A stretch of 64,000 bases of DNA from the NCBI GenBank assembly GCA_964016885.1, contig OZ024763.1, positions 14,322,001 to 14,386,000 on the forward strand, written 5' to 3'. The translations under genes and the position numbers were made by a program. The notes under the pieces are model-generated. The model did not search any database and was not told where the DNA came from. It worked only from the letters and a program-made list of their open reading frames with translations. Source of the DNA: Eledone cirrhosa. Taxonomy: Eukaryota. This document shows, piece by piece, positions 26,458 to 39,319 of the stretch (position 1 is its first letter; the number at the start of each line of letters is the position of its first letter).

Positions 26458-26774
26458 AGATATATAGAAGTAATTTCTATATATATAATAAAGATGCTTA
26501 TACTCTACTAATGTATTGAGTACCTTCTGGTCACCACCCGATACCCATCGAGAATCCACCCATAGTTTTATATATATATGGTATATGGTCTGGTACCGTA
26601 ACTCTCGATAGAACCATAGGGGGTCTCCGTATTGACATACGACGTTTCTTGGCCATTTTAAGCCTGGCAGAGACCCTTACTCTCCAGGCCTTAATACAGT
26701 AGATTTCTTCCAGAGAGAGGAAGTATCGACCCCACTAGTAGACTATTACTATAGTTTATCGACCTCGAAAGGAT

Positions 26775-26828
<54 letters not shown>

Positions 26829-26958
26829 AGAAGTTATATTTAATTTGTTGGGATACAACAAGCAAATATTTTTATAACTGATATAAAGCACTCAACAAAT
26901 TTTGGGAGTAAAAATACCATATATTAATAAATGGAAACTATATTTATAAAACCATATT

Positions 26959-27023
26959 TATTTCATTATACATATTTCAAGGACACCAAAGCAAATTATG
27001 GTGAGCTTTCATCAGATAAAATA
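26959..27023 (-). ncRNA. Type I hammerhead ribozyme (family C)
   Basis: Minus strand: uauuuuau CUGAUGA aag-cu-cacca..uggug-uc-cuu GAA AUAUGUAU A augaaaua; inverted partial copy at 27038-27118. Confidence 0.8.
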
Positions 27024-27356
27024 TAATATAGATCAGTTAATTTGCTTTGGTGTCCTTGAAATATGTATAATGAAATAAATATGGTTTTATAAATATAGTT
27101 TCCATTTATTAATATATTGTATATATATATATATATGTAGATTTTTCATTTATTTATATTATTATTTGTCTGGCCCGAATTTTCCTCGTCGTTTTTTTCG
27201 GCTGTGCGAGTGATTTTAAGCATTGTCTCCGTGTGTTGGTATTTAAACGATAGTTGTAGCTCTGGTGTATCCAAACTATTGAGCCCTTTGCCACGCATTT
27301 CGAAGATTGTGTTTCGTTATTTCGTGGGCCGAAATTCCGATTCTCGATAATTTATT

Positions 27357-27414
<58 letters not shown>

Positions 27415-27870
27415 TGTAGTTTATTAATGTTTTCTCAATGGCACACTTACTTTGGAGTTTCCCCCGTGTTGTTTACAATTGCTTCTAACGCACACTTATG
27501 AGGAAAACCCCAGAGCAACACAGGCTACTTGGCAGGACCCCTTAATATAGTGGTAACCTCTATGGTATTACACACTCATTCTCGTGTTCGTCAATACTAA
27601 ACGTCTTTATGTGTAGTTTACCCGATTTTCCTAGCTATTATTTGTTAGCTATCGACGTTTGCCACTGCTAATTTCTACGTTTGGCATTCCCACATTTTCG
27701 TATGTATGTGTATACGATCATAGGCTGTCTATGAAGGAGTGATGCTAGAGATGTGAGATCTGCATGCATGAATTTCAACTATTCTTATTAATAATTGCAT
27801 TGTTCCTTTGCAGAAAAATAAACCTCGTTTGTTCATATTTATTTTAAAAAACAAAAACAAAAAAAAAACA

Positions 27871-28062
27871 TACCAAATTTCTAACGAAACACTCTGGCAT
27901 TATAAACCATGAAAGAATTTGAAGAAGATGGGTTGGCTTAATATAACTAACTTTCTTCTTGTTAATATGGTGTTTGGAAAGAAAGTTAGTTATATTAAGC
28001 CAACCCATCTTCAAATTCTTTCATGGTTTATAATGCCAGAGTGTTTCGTTAGAAATTTGGTA
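27871..28062. repeat. Inverted repeat (~85-bp arms) of a TTAA-MITE end
   Basis: taccaaatttctaacgaaac... / ...gtttcgttagaaatttggta, followed by acgaaagagttaa. Confidence 0.8.
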
Positions 28063-28144
28063 ACGAAAGAGTTAAACAACAACTAAAAGGTATGATCGGT
28101 AAGGAAAAATGTCAGACCCGAAACTACAAGTATAATGAATTACC

Positions 28145-28650
28145 TTTCATTTGGCCTAGACGTAAGGGAGCTGGGCCTACGATCATAATGTCGGGGGTTC
28201 GATTCCTGGATTAGGTTGTGTGTTAAAAAAAAAACAACAAAAAAAAACACTTCATTTCATATTGCTCCAGTATACTCAGCTGGAAATGTGTACAAACAGT
28301 AGCTGGAAGTTTAACTCTGCGATGGGCTGGCGCCATGTCCAGGGGGAAGGGTTTTGTACTATCAGTCGCTTAACACCATAGAAACGGGGATAAACGCCGG
28401 CTTCGAGACAGACTTTAACCCTGCCATGGACTGGCGACCTGTCCAGGGCTGTCTTGCACTCTCAGTCGCGCAATGCCATAGAAACGGAGATAAACACCAG
28501 CCTGATGAGCCTCCGAGCTCGAGATAGACTTTAACCCTGTGATGGCCTTGCGTCCTGTCCAGGGGTGAGTCTGTTCTCTCAGTTGCTTAACCCACAGGAA
28601 CCGGGATAAGCACCGGCGAGATGAGACATCAGACCAAGAGAAACTTTAGA
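28145..28650 (+). mobile_element. tRNA-derived SINE with triplicated 3' region
   Basis: B-box ggttcgattcc; CORE-like cacttcatttcatattgctccag; three ~100-bp tttaaccctg...gacttt units. Confidence 0.7.
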
Positions 28651-29789
28651 TTAGAGGCTTGAGGCGGGGAGTTATTTGGCTGGTATTTCTCGCCAGATAC
28701 CAGGTCGAGATTGTACCAAGTTGACTTATATCACAACAAAATGTAAGTAAGGCGCGATAAAGTAAAGTGCCATAGTGAAGTCTCAGTAAAATACGTTTTG
28801 GCATGTTTTGGTTTAGCACTGGGTTTAGCAAGACCAATAGCATATACGGATAAAATAAAAGAACACACACAAAAAGGTGACATAACTGGTTAAAGACACA
28901 CGGGTCATCACAATTGACAATATCATTTTGAAAATCAAGGATTTGGAGGGATTTTACTAATCAGAGCCCCCGCTAAGGAACTGCCCCGGGCCAACGAAAG
29001 TTGAACTCCCCGCTCCAACTAAATATACGCTTGTTACTATTAAGCTAGTGTTTGGAACAACCTCAACATGGGTTAAGGTTGTCGGGGGTAAGCCGCAGTT
29101 AAAGAAGGTACTCAATAGAGTATTATAGGCTGTTTCAGCCCTCCACGATAATAACTGTTTCTACTTTAGGCACAAGGACAGCAAATACCCAGTACATTAC
29201 TGGTACTTTATCTTATCGACCTCGTAAGGATGAAAGGCAAAGAACGATATCAAGGAAGCGAAACAGCAAGGACAGGTGAAAATCGATAGTCAAGTGTACG
29301 TGTGTGCTACAAAGATGTGGTCTTAACACTGATAGAAGATTGGTTGAGAAGGGGACAAACCTCCGATTAAACTATAACGAGTATAACAACAACTACAACA
29401 ACAAGCACAACCATAATAATCATCACAACCAGAACCCTAACGACCAGTATAACCCTGACAACTAGAACAACAAAAAAACTTCAAGCCGCTCACTTACCGT
29501 TATCTCAGCTTCTATACTTTCGAGTAAAGTGTCACTATCAACGTGGTGTACTACACCCGCCACCCACCCCGATACTCCGTCTGCCCTCCTCCTTTCCCTC
29601 TTCCTCTATTCCCACTAGCTTTCTATTCATTTATTAAGTCGCCCTCTGCCTGTCTTTCTCGCGATTCTTCCTCCCACCAGGTGTATATATAAGTGTGTGT
29701 GTGTTAGTTAGATAACTTCGAATGAAAAGCAAATATATATATATATACAATATATTAATAAATGGAAACTATATTTATAAAACCATATT

Positions 29790-29855
29790 TATTTTATTAT
29801 ACATATGTCAAGGGCCACCAAGGTAAATTATGGTGCGCTTTCATCAGATAAAATA
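29790..29855 (-). ncRNA. Hammerhead variant (family C, GAAA to GACA)
   Basis: Stems I-III intact; core substitution is probably inactivating. Confidence 0.6.
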
Positions 29856-30285
29856 CAATACAGATTAGTTTTATAAATAAATATTGACATACCCTGAAAA
29901 AAGACAACCTTAACGGTTGGAGCTTCCTGGATCTCTCTCTATATATATATATATATACCTGAGGTATATGGCCTTTAATGCGACGAAATGCCTACGACGG
30001 TTGGAAGGCCACTGATGAGGACAAACTTTTTCATATGTAACCCATTTGCAGCGCCGCAGCTCCATTATTATCATATATATATATATATATACACAATATA
30101 TTAATAAATATAGTTACCATTTATTAATATATTGTGTATTTACTCCACTAAACTGTTGAGTGCTTTATCTCAGTTATAAAAATGTTTAAGCTTGTTGAAT
30201 TCCCACAAATTAAATATAACCTCTGCACACATATATATATATATATATATATATGCTTTTCATTCGGAGTTACCTAACACACACA

Positions 30286-30392
<107 letters not shown>

Positions 30393-30421
30393 TTTTCATT
30401 CGGAGTTACCTAACACACACA

Positions 30422-30486
<65 letters not shown>

Positions 30487-30491
30487 TGGAT

Positions 30492-30670
30492 TGGCAGTAT
30501 CGGTAGAGGGTCGGACGCCATGCTTTGAAACATAGAGTTACCTCCCTGTATGATCTGAGTTCAAATCCCGCCGAGGTTAACTTTGCCTTTCATCCTTACG
30601 GGGTCGATAAAATAAAGTACCAGCAATGCACTGGGTAATTGCTGGCCTTGTGCCAAAAGTAGAAACAATT
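30492..30670 (+). mobile_element. SINE family A copy
   Basis: Full-length match to the family. Confidence 0.8.
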
Positions 30671-30731
30671 ATATATATTTCGAAGATGCAAAGTTTTCGT
30701 AACTCTACTCCTTCTTGTTGTTATTTACTTT

Positions 30732-30815
<84 letters not shown>

Positions 30816-30817
<2 letters not shown>

Positions 30818-30992
30818 CAAAGAAGGTGTGGTAAGATACCAGGTGGACCATAACGCACCAGAGTACTCAATACTTAGGGTAGTAGAGTGGGTAATAGGAA
30901 ACGAGTCGTGACCCCGACGGCTGAGCTCCGGCCGTTTCGGCAACTGTCGAAACATCCGGAGCTCAGCCGTCGGTGTCCTGACTTTTTTCCTA
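30816..30992. mobile_element. Family X diverged palindromic copy
   Basis: gaccccgacggctgagctccgg...ccggagctcagccgtcggtgtc. Confidence 0.75.
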
Positions 30993-31140
30993 TATATATA
31001 TATATATATATAATGTAGGAGGTGAGTTTTATTGTAGTACAATAAAGCAATGCAGATATCGGATAAGAAGCACTCTACAGTTTGTAGGACTGGAGTATGC
31101 ATAATATAAGATCAAAAGATGGTTAAAGGAGTTCCATGTA

Positions 31141-31207
31141 TTTTATTATGCGCATTTCAAAAACAAACATCATCATGCAATAATATTTGTGTTTTCATCA
31201 GATAAAA
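31141..31207 (-). ncRNA. Type I hammerhead ribozyme (left arm)
   Basis: Reverse complement of 31340-31406. Confidence 0.85.
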
Positions 31208-31339
31208 CAGGAGAACATGATATGAAGGCTAAAAAACACTTGTGGATAGTGCAGTTTTAAATCTACATATCATATGATATGTAGATTTAAAACTGCACTA
31301 TCCACAAGTGTTTTTTAGCCTTCATATCATGTTCTCCTG

Positions 31340-31406
31340 TTTTATCTGATGAAAACACAAATATTATTGCATGATGATGTTTGTTTTTGAAATGCGCATA
31401 ATAAAA
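31340..31406 (+). ncRNA. Type I hammerhead ribozyme (right arm)
   Basis: uuuuau CUGAUGA aaa-c-acaaauauuauu-gcau-gaugauguuugu-u-uuu GAA AUGCGCAU A auaaaa. Confidence 0.88.
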
Positions 31407-31467
31407 TACATGGAACTCCTTTAACCATCTTTTGATCTTATATTATATATATATATATATATATATA

Positions 31468-31625
31468 TGGACACACTAGAAGAGGAAGACCAAGGTTAAC
31501 GTATGTTGATGCCCTAAGGACAGACACTGGTCTGTTGGAGACGCAGGACATGGCAGCGATAATGAGGGACAGAGACCGCTGGAGAGAACTCGTCCATGGA
31601 TCTCGGGAATTTTACCCGCCTTAGA
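31468..31625 (+). mobile_element. RTE-like LINE 3' fragment (second family)
   Basis: GHTRRGRPRLTYVDALRTDTG...MRDRDRWRELV. Confidence 0.7.
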
Positions 31626-31779
31626 TATAAATTCCTTTTTAAAAAAAGCACTTTCATTTTATATTCATCTTTTCTACATTTTCTCCGGAATATAATTTAT
31701 ACTCGTTGAGCAAACCTACACGTACGCTGTTCATCTCTAACGTAACGATATATTATCACTACATTATTGATAACCTGAA

Positions 31780-31834
<55 letters not shown>

Positions 31835-31905
31835 GAAAAATTGAACAGGGACAGAACAGAGAGGCAGTACGATAAATGTTTATTAAATTCACGCTCAGGA
31901 ATATA

Positions 31906-32460
31906 TCTATATATAAAGTTGTAGTTCCTGTCTGTCTGTTTGTTTGTTTGTTTGTTCGCGAACTCCTCCTATGGTTTTGGAGATAGACCCCCATAACCAT
32001 ATATATTCTGAAACTTCATTGTCCAGGGTACTTGGATAAGTATATTTCATATTAATCACAGGGTTCCCCGGGGGCATAAAACTTCCGCTGAAAAATTTTC
32101 CCTTCGATTTATATGAAATTTAAACCATAGGTAATATTAAACCCCCTATAGAGAAACTTTTGGAAGCCCATAACTTGAGTATTGGAACTTCTATTATCAC
32201 AGGGTTTTTCTATTAATTAAACGTAAATCAACAAATAAGACACCTCTCTTTTATAGCATAATTTGGCTAATTTAGACATTTTATCTATGGCAAAACATCA
32301 CTAGAATTATGACAATAAAAATTATTAGTTAATGCCTCTACTTTTTTAACATTTTCCCTTTACTTTTTCTCCATAAATTATATCACTGATTTAAAATCAA
32401 TCATCATTTTCTCACAAAAAATAAGTGTAAAACGCAGCAAGGCGCGGGTAATTCGGCTAG
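31906..32460 (+). mobile_element. Non-autonomous Helitron
   Basis: A|TCtatatataaa start, (gtct/gttt)n near the 5' end, imperfect subterminal GC hairpin, CTAG|T end. Confidence 0.7.
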
Positions 32461-33229
32461 TATATAAAAAATGAACAGAGAGCAAAAAACAGAGGGACAG
32501 TACAAATGATATGGTTTTTAGTTTCACGCTTGAGAGTGGAGGGGCTCTCTCTCTTTCTTCTTCCACTCTCACGGCATTTTCTATCAGTTGCACACACATA
32601 ATAAAAACATTTATACATTATACATACATATTCACACATACACACGCACATGCGTCCGCTTAAATCAATATTTTACCCTGATCTCCACATTCTATCGATT
32701 TCCCCTACCGATGTCCAGTACTAACTTTTATCGATTCCCTTTTGTCAAACTACTAGGACACTGAACTAAACATACATTAAACCTAAACACACACACACAC
32801 ACACACACATATATACAGACATACAAGGGCCTTGTTTCAGGATGAGGGGGGGGGTGCGGGGGTACCAGGGGACAATCAATGTCTGTGCTTTGAAGGTTTT
32901 TTAAGTGGGGAAAGTCCTTGCACTCGACCAATCCCACTTTCCGAGCCGAGTATCGAAAACACTACCCGACAAGGAGAACTGGTCAACATCATTGGATGCT
33001 TCTGAAGCCGCAGGTATTTTTTTTTTCAGGGTTTCCCTCTCTTAGAAAGGTATTGTTCCTCCACCCTTTGCAGGGTCTTGTATTTCATCCCGCAGGGTGT
33101 TCAAATATCACCACCCTCCTCACTAAACTAGCTTAGTAGGGTTGCCGGTTTAGACGCCGACCACCCGACCATGAGACAGACCGCTCTCAAGTGCTACTGG
33201 TAACATGTAACCCAGTACATACATACATA

Positions 33230-33395
33230 ACTGTTTCTACTTTAGGCACAAGGCCAGCAATTACCCCAGTGCATTACTGGTACTTTATTTTATCGACCCC
33301 CGTAAGGATGAAAGGCAAAGTCAACCTCGGCGGGATTTGAACTCAGATCGTAAAGGGACGTAACTATTGCTGGAAAGCATGGCGTCCGACCCTCT
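33230..33395 (-). mobile_element. SINE family A copy
   Basis: Family match. Confidence 0.8.
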
Positions 33396-33544
33396 GGCTG
33401 AGCTCGGTTTGGAGAATTGTCATCCCTTAACCTTTTTCTAATTACATGGTTGACACGACATGACGTTTTAGCCCTGTCAAGGACTTAGAATCCATTCTGC
33501 ATATGCTGTAGCGAACATATATACCTTAACCGACCAAATAGCCA

Positions 33545-33800
33545 ACCTCCCTCCCTACCTACCCACCTACCTACCTACCCACCTACCTACCTACCTCCCC
33601 ACCTACCTCCCCACCTACCTACCTACCTCCCTACCTACCTACCCACCTCCCTACCTACTTCCCTACCTACCTACCCACCTCCCTACCCACCTCCCTACCT
33701 ACCTACCTACCTTCTTCCCTACCTACCTACCTACCTGCCTACCTACCTACCTCCCTCCCTACCCACCTCCCCACCTCCCTACCTATCTACCTACTTACCT
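33545..33800. repeat. (CCTA)n-like tetranucleotide array
   Basis: Direct reading. Confidence 0.9.
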
Positions 33801-33999
33801 AAATACATACATATATGATGGCTGCAACTCAATTTCGAGTAATGCCATCGCTTGATACTTAAACATGAACATCACGAACGTGGCTTTTTATTCCAGCTGG
33901 GGACTTCCCTATGGCCAGCAATACACACATTGCAAACAATGTCACATATCAAGTAATGCCTGTGCTTGAAGCTTTTTTTTAAGTGGAGGAAACTAACCT

Positions 34000-34580
34000 A
34001 CATCATCATCATCATTTTACGTCCGCTTTTCCTTGCTTGCAAGGTGGGACTGGTCCTTTTCAGCATAACATCCCTCCATTCGTCACGGTCCTTCGTCATC
34101 TCCTCTTTCAGGGATCTGAGGTCTGCTCTCACCACCTCCGCCCATGATTTTCGTGGTCTTCCTCTACTGCGTCTTCCTTCCACTGGGATTTCTTGGCACT
34201 TCTTCATCCACTGGTCATCCTCCATGCGCATCACATGTCCATACCAACGCAGTCTTCTCTCTCACACACTACAGTTTATTCCTCTTATACAGTTTCTCTC
34301 TCAGCTCGTCTATGCTTGGTCGTTCACACACATTGCACATCCAACGGAGCATGCTTGCTTCCTTCTCTCCAGCCGTCGCATATCCTCCAGAGTTGCTGTC
34401 CATGTCTCACTACCATGCAGTATCGCGCATTTCACACAGGCATCATACAAGTGGCCTTTCGTTCGTATGGAGAAACCCTTCTTTGTCAAAAGAGGAAGCA
34501 GCTCCCTAAACTTCTTTCAACCCGTCCTTATTCTAGATACTATGGCCTCGGAGCACCCTCCTCCCTTGCTAATCTGATCA
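34000..34580 (-). mobile_element. RTE-clade LINE 3' ~580 bp
   Basis: ...LRWYGHVMRMEDDQWMKKCQEIPVEGRRSRGRPRKSW...; same family as 2490-2728 and 52980-53210(-). Confidence 0.88.
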
Positions 34581-34822
34581 CATTCATACATATTTATAGC
34601 GGAGTTCCAGATAGTTTCCATCTACCAAATTCCACTCACAAAGCACTTGTCAACACGAAACTATAGCACAAGACACATGCCGCAAGGTGCCGTGCTGTGG
34701 CATCTAACTGAACCCCAAATCCGAAATGAATGTATTTAACAAAATACCCCCGTGCGGTGCTCAACCCACTCTATTGGGGGAATTCCATAGTTATTTGTTC
34801 CTTAATGAATATTCTTACAATT

Positions 34823-36113
34823 TATTCAAAAGCCAAAAAACAAACCTTATTTAGTAAGAGAAAAGGGGGGGGGGGGGCAAAAGGAAAGAAAGAATAGAGA
34901 AATATAGAAAGAACGGAAGAAGAAAGAAAAAGAACGGGAAAGGGAGGGGATAACAAGAGTTCTGGTGTCGCAGAAGAGAGGGGAGGGGAGAACGGCGGGT
35001 GATTGGGCTTTGGGCCTAGGGCAAGGGGGCAGGAGTGTTGCGCGCTGCTGACAAGACGGCAAAAGCATTCCCCCGGCCGATGGCCAGTGAGACCCGCTGC
35101 AACAGTCACCCAACCTCGCGGGGTTCCCTCGTCAGACGGGCCGCCGACGTTACTTGTTTTCGTTCGGGCTTTACTAGTCTATATGTAAAAACGCCACTGT
35201 CCCTCTTTATTGTATTGTATTGTCCTCAATGTTTTCGTCCCAGAAAACTGTTGTCGCATGCATGACGGATCCGGTTATCAATTAGGTCCGCCGTGAAGAA
35301 CGATTCACCGCCTTCCTTTAACAAGGAACGACAAACTGTTCTCTCGTGCTTGGTGGCTACGGCGAAAGAAGGTGTGTGATGGACAAGACTGAAAGGCTTG
35401 AATACAGAACACGTTCATCAACGTTTTCAAGAGGCCCTAGTTGTCGACAGCCTCGCGGCAGGGTCTGGAAACTGATCGCTGGTCTCTGATTTCAACCAGG
35501 AGCGTGACAACAACCTCAGACAGCAGCAATCTTGTACGCAGCAAGAAGACTTTTTCAAGCTCCACTTAGAAAAGAAAGCACGGCTGGAGATTGAGGTGTT
35601 CTCCTCTGGCATATATAACAAAACAGGGGTGAGAGTAGGGAAACTGTAAAAGCGGATGAGGGACCACTCACAGCTGTGCCTGTCGGTGGTCCTACAACGA
35701 TAGTTGGGAAGGGGAGAGGGGGCACTCGCCCTTGGTTGTCATGGCGATTGTAGTTCTGTGAGGTATTCAGCTCTCTATAACAGGACTGAATGCTTCTTAT
35801 ACTATGTATACCCGCGAAGTCAGGTGTCACTGGCCATCGTCCGGGGAATGCTTTTGCTGTCTTGTCAGCGGGGCGCAGCACTCCTCCGCCCTTGGCCTAG
35901 ACCCAAAGCCCAATCACCCTCCCTCCTCACCCCCCTCTCTTCTGCGACACCAGAGCTCTTGCCATCCCACCCCCCCTTTCCCGTTTTCTTTCTCTTTTTT
36001 TTTCTATATTTCCCTATTATTTCTTTCCTTTTGTTTCCCCTTTTTAAAAATCTTTTCTTACTAAATAAGTTTTTTTTTTTGGGGGAGGGGGGGGGGGGGG
36101 GGGGCTTTTGAAT
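34823..36113 (+). mobile_element. L1/Tx1-like LINE 3' remnant bracketed by ~280-bp inverted repeats
   Basis: CLVATAKEGV*WTRLKGL and FFKLHLEKKARLE peptides; 34823-35096 is a diverged reverse complement of 35822-36113. Confidence 0.5.
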
Positions 36114-36359
36114 AGATTTAAAGAATAGACAGAAAAAAAGAAAAAAATTATTATCCCCGTGGGTAAGGATGAAATGAAGTACTGGTAACGACTGATATGG
36201 GCGATTTAATCGATTGCTCGTTGACGTAAGGGAAGAGGAAATCGTTTAAATCGCCCATCCCAGTCGTTACCTGTACATTTAGAAGTACATTTGTTTAAAG
36301 GTAGGTAGCGAGGATAGACCGAGTGAATGGATTTATTCTTAACATGCGCCTGAAGAGTA

Positions 36360-36660
36360 AAAGGTGGGAGAGAGAGAGGAAGAGAGGGGGGGAGATAGAG
36401 AGGACGAGACGGGGAGGGGGGAGGTAGAGAGGACGAGACGGGGAGGGGGAGGTAGAGAGGAAGAGACGGGGAGGGGGAGGTAGAGAGGACGAGACGGGGA
36501 GGGGGGGGTAGAGAGGACGAGACGGGGAGGGGGAGATAGAGAGGAAGAGACGGGGGAGGGAGAGAGAGGAAGAGACGGCGGGAGAGAAAGGAAGGAAGGG
36601 AGAGAGAAAGGGGGAGAGAGAGAGAGGGGAAGAGAGAAAGCGGGAGAGAAAAGAGTGAGT
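36360..36660. repeat. Purine-rich 25-29-bp minisatellite
   Basis: gagaggacgagacggggagggggaggta units. Confidence 0.85.
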
Positions 36661-36700
36661 GGGCTTTCTCTGAGCATGCGCCTGAAGGCCGACGAGTGTA

Positions 36701-36738
<38 letters not shown>

Positions 36739-36912
36739 CTTTCCTATGGCACTGACCGGTGCTGAGGTTTTTGTTTGGATATGTGGGGTACCCAAGTGAC
36801 CCGTGGGTAGTGCTTCACCACCCGCAATGGCAATTTGTTTTGTTTTGAATTTTACCTTTTCTTATTGTTTACTAATACCTTATTAAATAGCAAGATAGAG
36901 CGCTCGATATTT

Positions 36913-37255
36913 TGTCGACATAGATGTGCCAACACGTTCATAAACTACAAACCGCAGTAGATGTGATTCGATCTACCGTTTCTGGTCCTCACAATTTGTG
37001 TCGACATAGATGTGCCAACACGTTCATAAACTACAAACCGCAGTAGATGTGATTCGATCTACCGTTTCTGGTCCTCACAATTTGTGTCGACATAGATGTG
37101 CCAACACGTTCATAAACTACAAACCGCAGTAGATGTGATTCGATCTACCGTTTCTGGTCCTCACAATTTGTGTCGACATAGATGTGCCAACACGTTCATA
37201 AACTACAAACCGCAGTAGATGTGATTCGATCCACCGTTTCTGATCCTCACAATTT
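36913..37255. repeat. 86-bp tandem repeat x4
   Basis: gtcgac at 36914, 37000, 37086, 37172; near-identical units. Confidence 0.95.
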
Positions 37256-38059
37256 AGATATAAATATTCTACATCTACCAGGCTTTTAATGCTCAAGAAA
37301 ATGCAGCGCCATGAATAATATAAATATAACTTATTGTTTCAAATATAAGAAAGGGAAAAAATAAATAATTTGCTATCATAGTTATAATTGTTTCTACTTT
37401 TGGCACAAGGCCAGCAAATTACCCCAGTGCATTACTGGTACTTTATTTTATCGACCCCGTAAGGATGAAAGGCAAAGTTAACCTCGGCGGGATTTGAAAT
37501 AATTTAGATAATATACACAACCACAAGGATAGGGTCCGAACGGGGTAGAGCCGAACTCCCACCGTCGTCTCCTCCATCTCTCTCGCCCTCTCGCCCTCTC
37601 TTGCTGTTCGTCTTTCTACACGTGTTTATATGTAAATCCTCGCCAACGTTGTGGTCAATAAAGCCAGTTATTATGGCTGTGTCACTAGGTGCAGGTGGAT
37701 AATACACCAGGGTATTTAGTCATCTGTTAAGTCTCAGCAAGGACCTCAGGCAGTCAGGGCAGGATTTAATCGAGTGGGGTGGTGGTAAAGGGGAAAATGG
37801 TCCCCCCCCCCTCCCCATCCACCTGCAGAGGTGGGGAAAGCCTTAACAGCGACGGCTGTAACAATTTATTTGTGCTGTGCTCTCAGCTGGGATTTTTAGT
37901 TTTAAGGTGGTTAGAATGTTTTGAATTTAATACCTGTATGTATAACTGTTCACTTCCAATTACTTGTGCCAAGCTAACTTTGATATGTAAAATTGGGGGG
38001 GTTTGCTGTGTATTTTAATTCTTTTTTGTGTATGAGGGACCCCTCATACCCGAAGTTCT

Positions 38060-38560
38060 TCGGGTCGTCAAAATAAAGAACCAGTAACGTACTGGGGTTG
38101 ATTTAATCGACCCCCCCCCCCCCTATCCCCAAATTTCTGACCTTGTGCCTATAGTAGAAATCATCATCATCATCATTATTATTATTATTATTATTAGTGT
38201 CAGACACCACGCTTTGCAGCGTAGAGTTCTGGCCCGTTACGTTCTGAGTTCAAATCCCGCCCGAAGTTAACTTTGCCTTTCATCCTTACAGGGGGTCGAT
38301 AAAATAAAGTACCAGTAACGCACTGGGGTAATTGCTGGCCTGGTGCCAAAAGTAGAAACAGTTATTACAGGGTTGATCAAATAAAGTACCAGTAATGCAC
38401 TGGGGTAACTGCTGGCCTTGTGTCTAACTCAGAAACTAGTATTATTATTCCCGCCGAGGTTGACTTTGCCTTTCATCCTTACGGGGTCGATAAAATAAAG
38501 TACCAGTAATACACAGGGTAATTGCTGGCCTTGTGCCTAAAGTAGAAACAATTATTATTA
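38060..38560 (+). mobile_element. Cluster of SINE A fragments
   Basis: Four aaataaagtaccagtaa-type units. Confidence 0.8.
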
Positions 38561-38599
38561 TTATTATTATTATTATTATTTTCATTTTTCATTTCATTT

Positions 38600-39240
38600 T
38601 TTACGTCCGCTTTCTCCCTGCTTGCAAAGGTGGGACGGGAACTGGTGCTGGCTTGATTTCTACAGCTGGATGCCCTTCCTAACACCAACCTCATTTACAG
38701 TGAGTGCTGGGGCTTTTTTGCCGTGGCACCTCCACGACCACTTTACAGTGAGTGCTGGGTGCTTTTTTGCCGTGGCACCTCCACGACCACTTTGCAGTGA
38801 GTGCTGGGTGCTTTTTGCCGTGGCACCTACACGACCACTTTGCAGTGAGTGCTGGGTGCTTTTTTGCCGTGGCACCTCCACGACCACTTTGCAGTGAGTG
38901 CTGGGTGCTTTTTTGCCGTGGCACCTCCACGACCACTTTACAGTGAGTGCTGGGTGCTTTTTTGCCGTGGCACCTCCACGACCACTTGGCAGTGAGTGCT
39001 GGGTGCTTTTTTGCCGTGGCACCTCCACGACCACTTTGCAGTGAGTGCTGGGTGCTTTTTTGCCGTGGCACCTCCACGACCACTTTACAGTGAGTGCTGG
39101 GTGCTTTTTTGCCGTGGCACCTCCACGACCACTTTACAGTGAGTGCTGGGTGCTTTTTTGCGGTGGCACCTCCACGACCACTTTGCAGTGGAATGATAGG
39201 GACCCCAGTCCCTATCATCTCATTTCTACAGCTGAGTATT
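38600..39240 (-). mobile_element. SINE R with internal 48-49-bp unit amplified x~10
   Basis: cagtgagtgctgggtgcttttttgccgtggcacctccacgaccacttt(a/g) array at 38695-39190. Confidence 0.9.
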
Positions 39241-39319
39241 ATTATTTACCCTAGGGCGGTTGATTGGCAATATTTTTTTTAAAAAAACCCAAAAACGAAT
39301 CTTAAAAAGAAAACACTCC

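Larger units (their letters stand above)
31101..31446. repeat. 346-bp palindrome without spacer
   Basis: Centre ...catatcat|atgatatg... at 31273/31274; no mismatch seen by eye. Confidence 0.92.

Noticed and set aside
28495-28535. cctgatgagcctccgagctcgaga as a hammerhead
   Set aside because: No GAAA or stem I closure; part of the SINE 3' repeat
36913-37255. CRISPR-like periodicity (also 47287-47668 and 38695-39190)
   Set aside because: Units are identical along their whole length with no unique spacers; no cas genes; eukaryotic context
37504-37707. 67-aa minus-strand ORF in unique-looking sequence
   Set aside because: No convincing splice sites or recognisable motif
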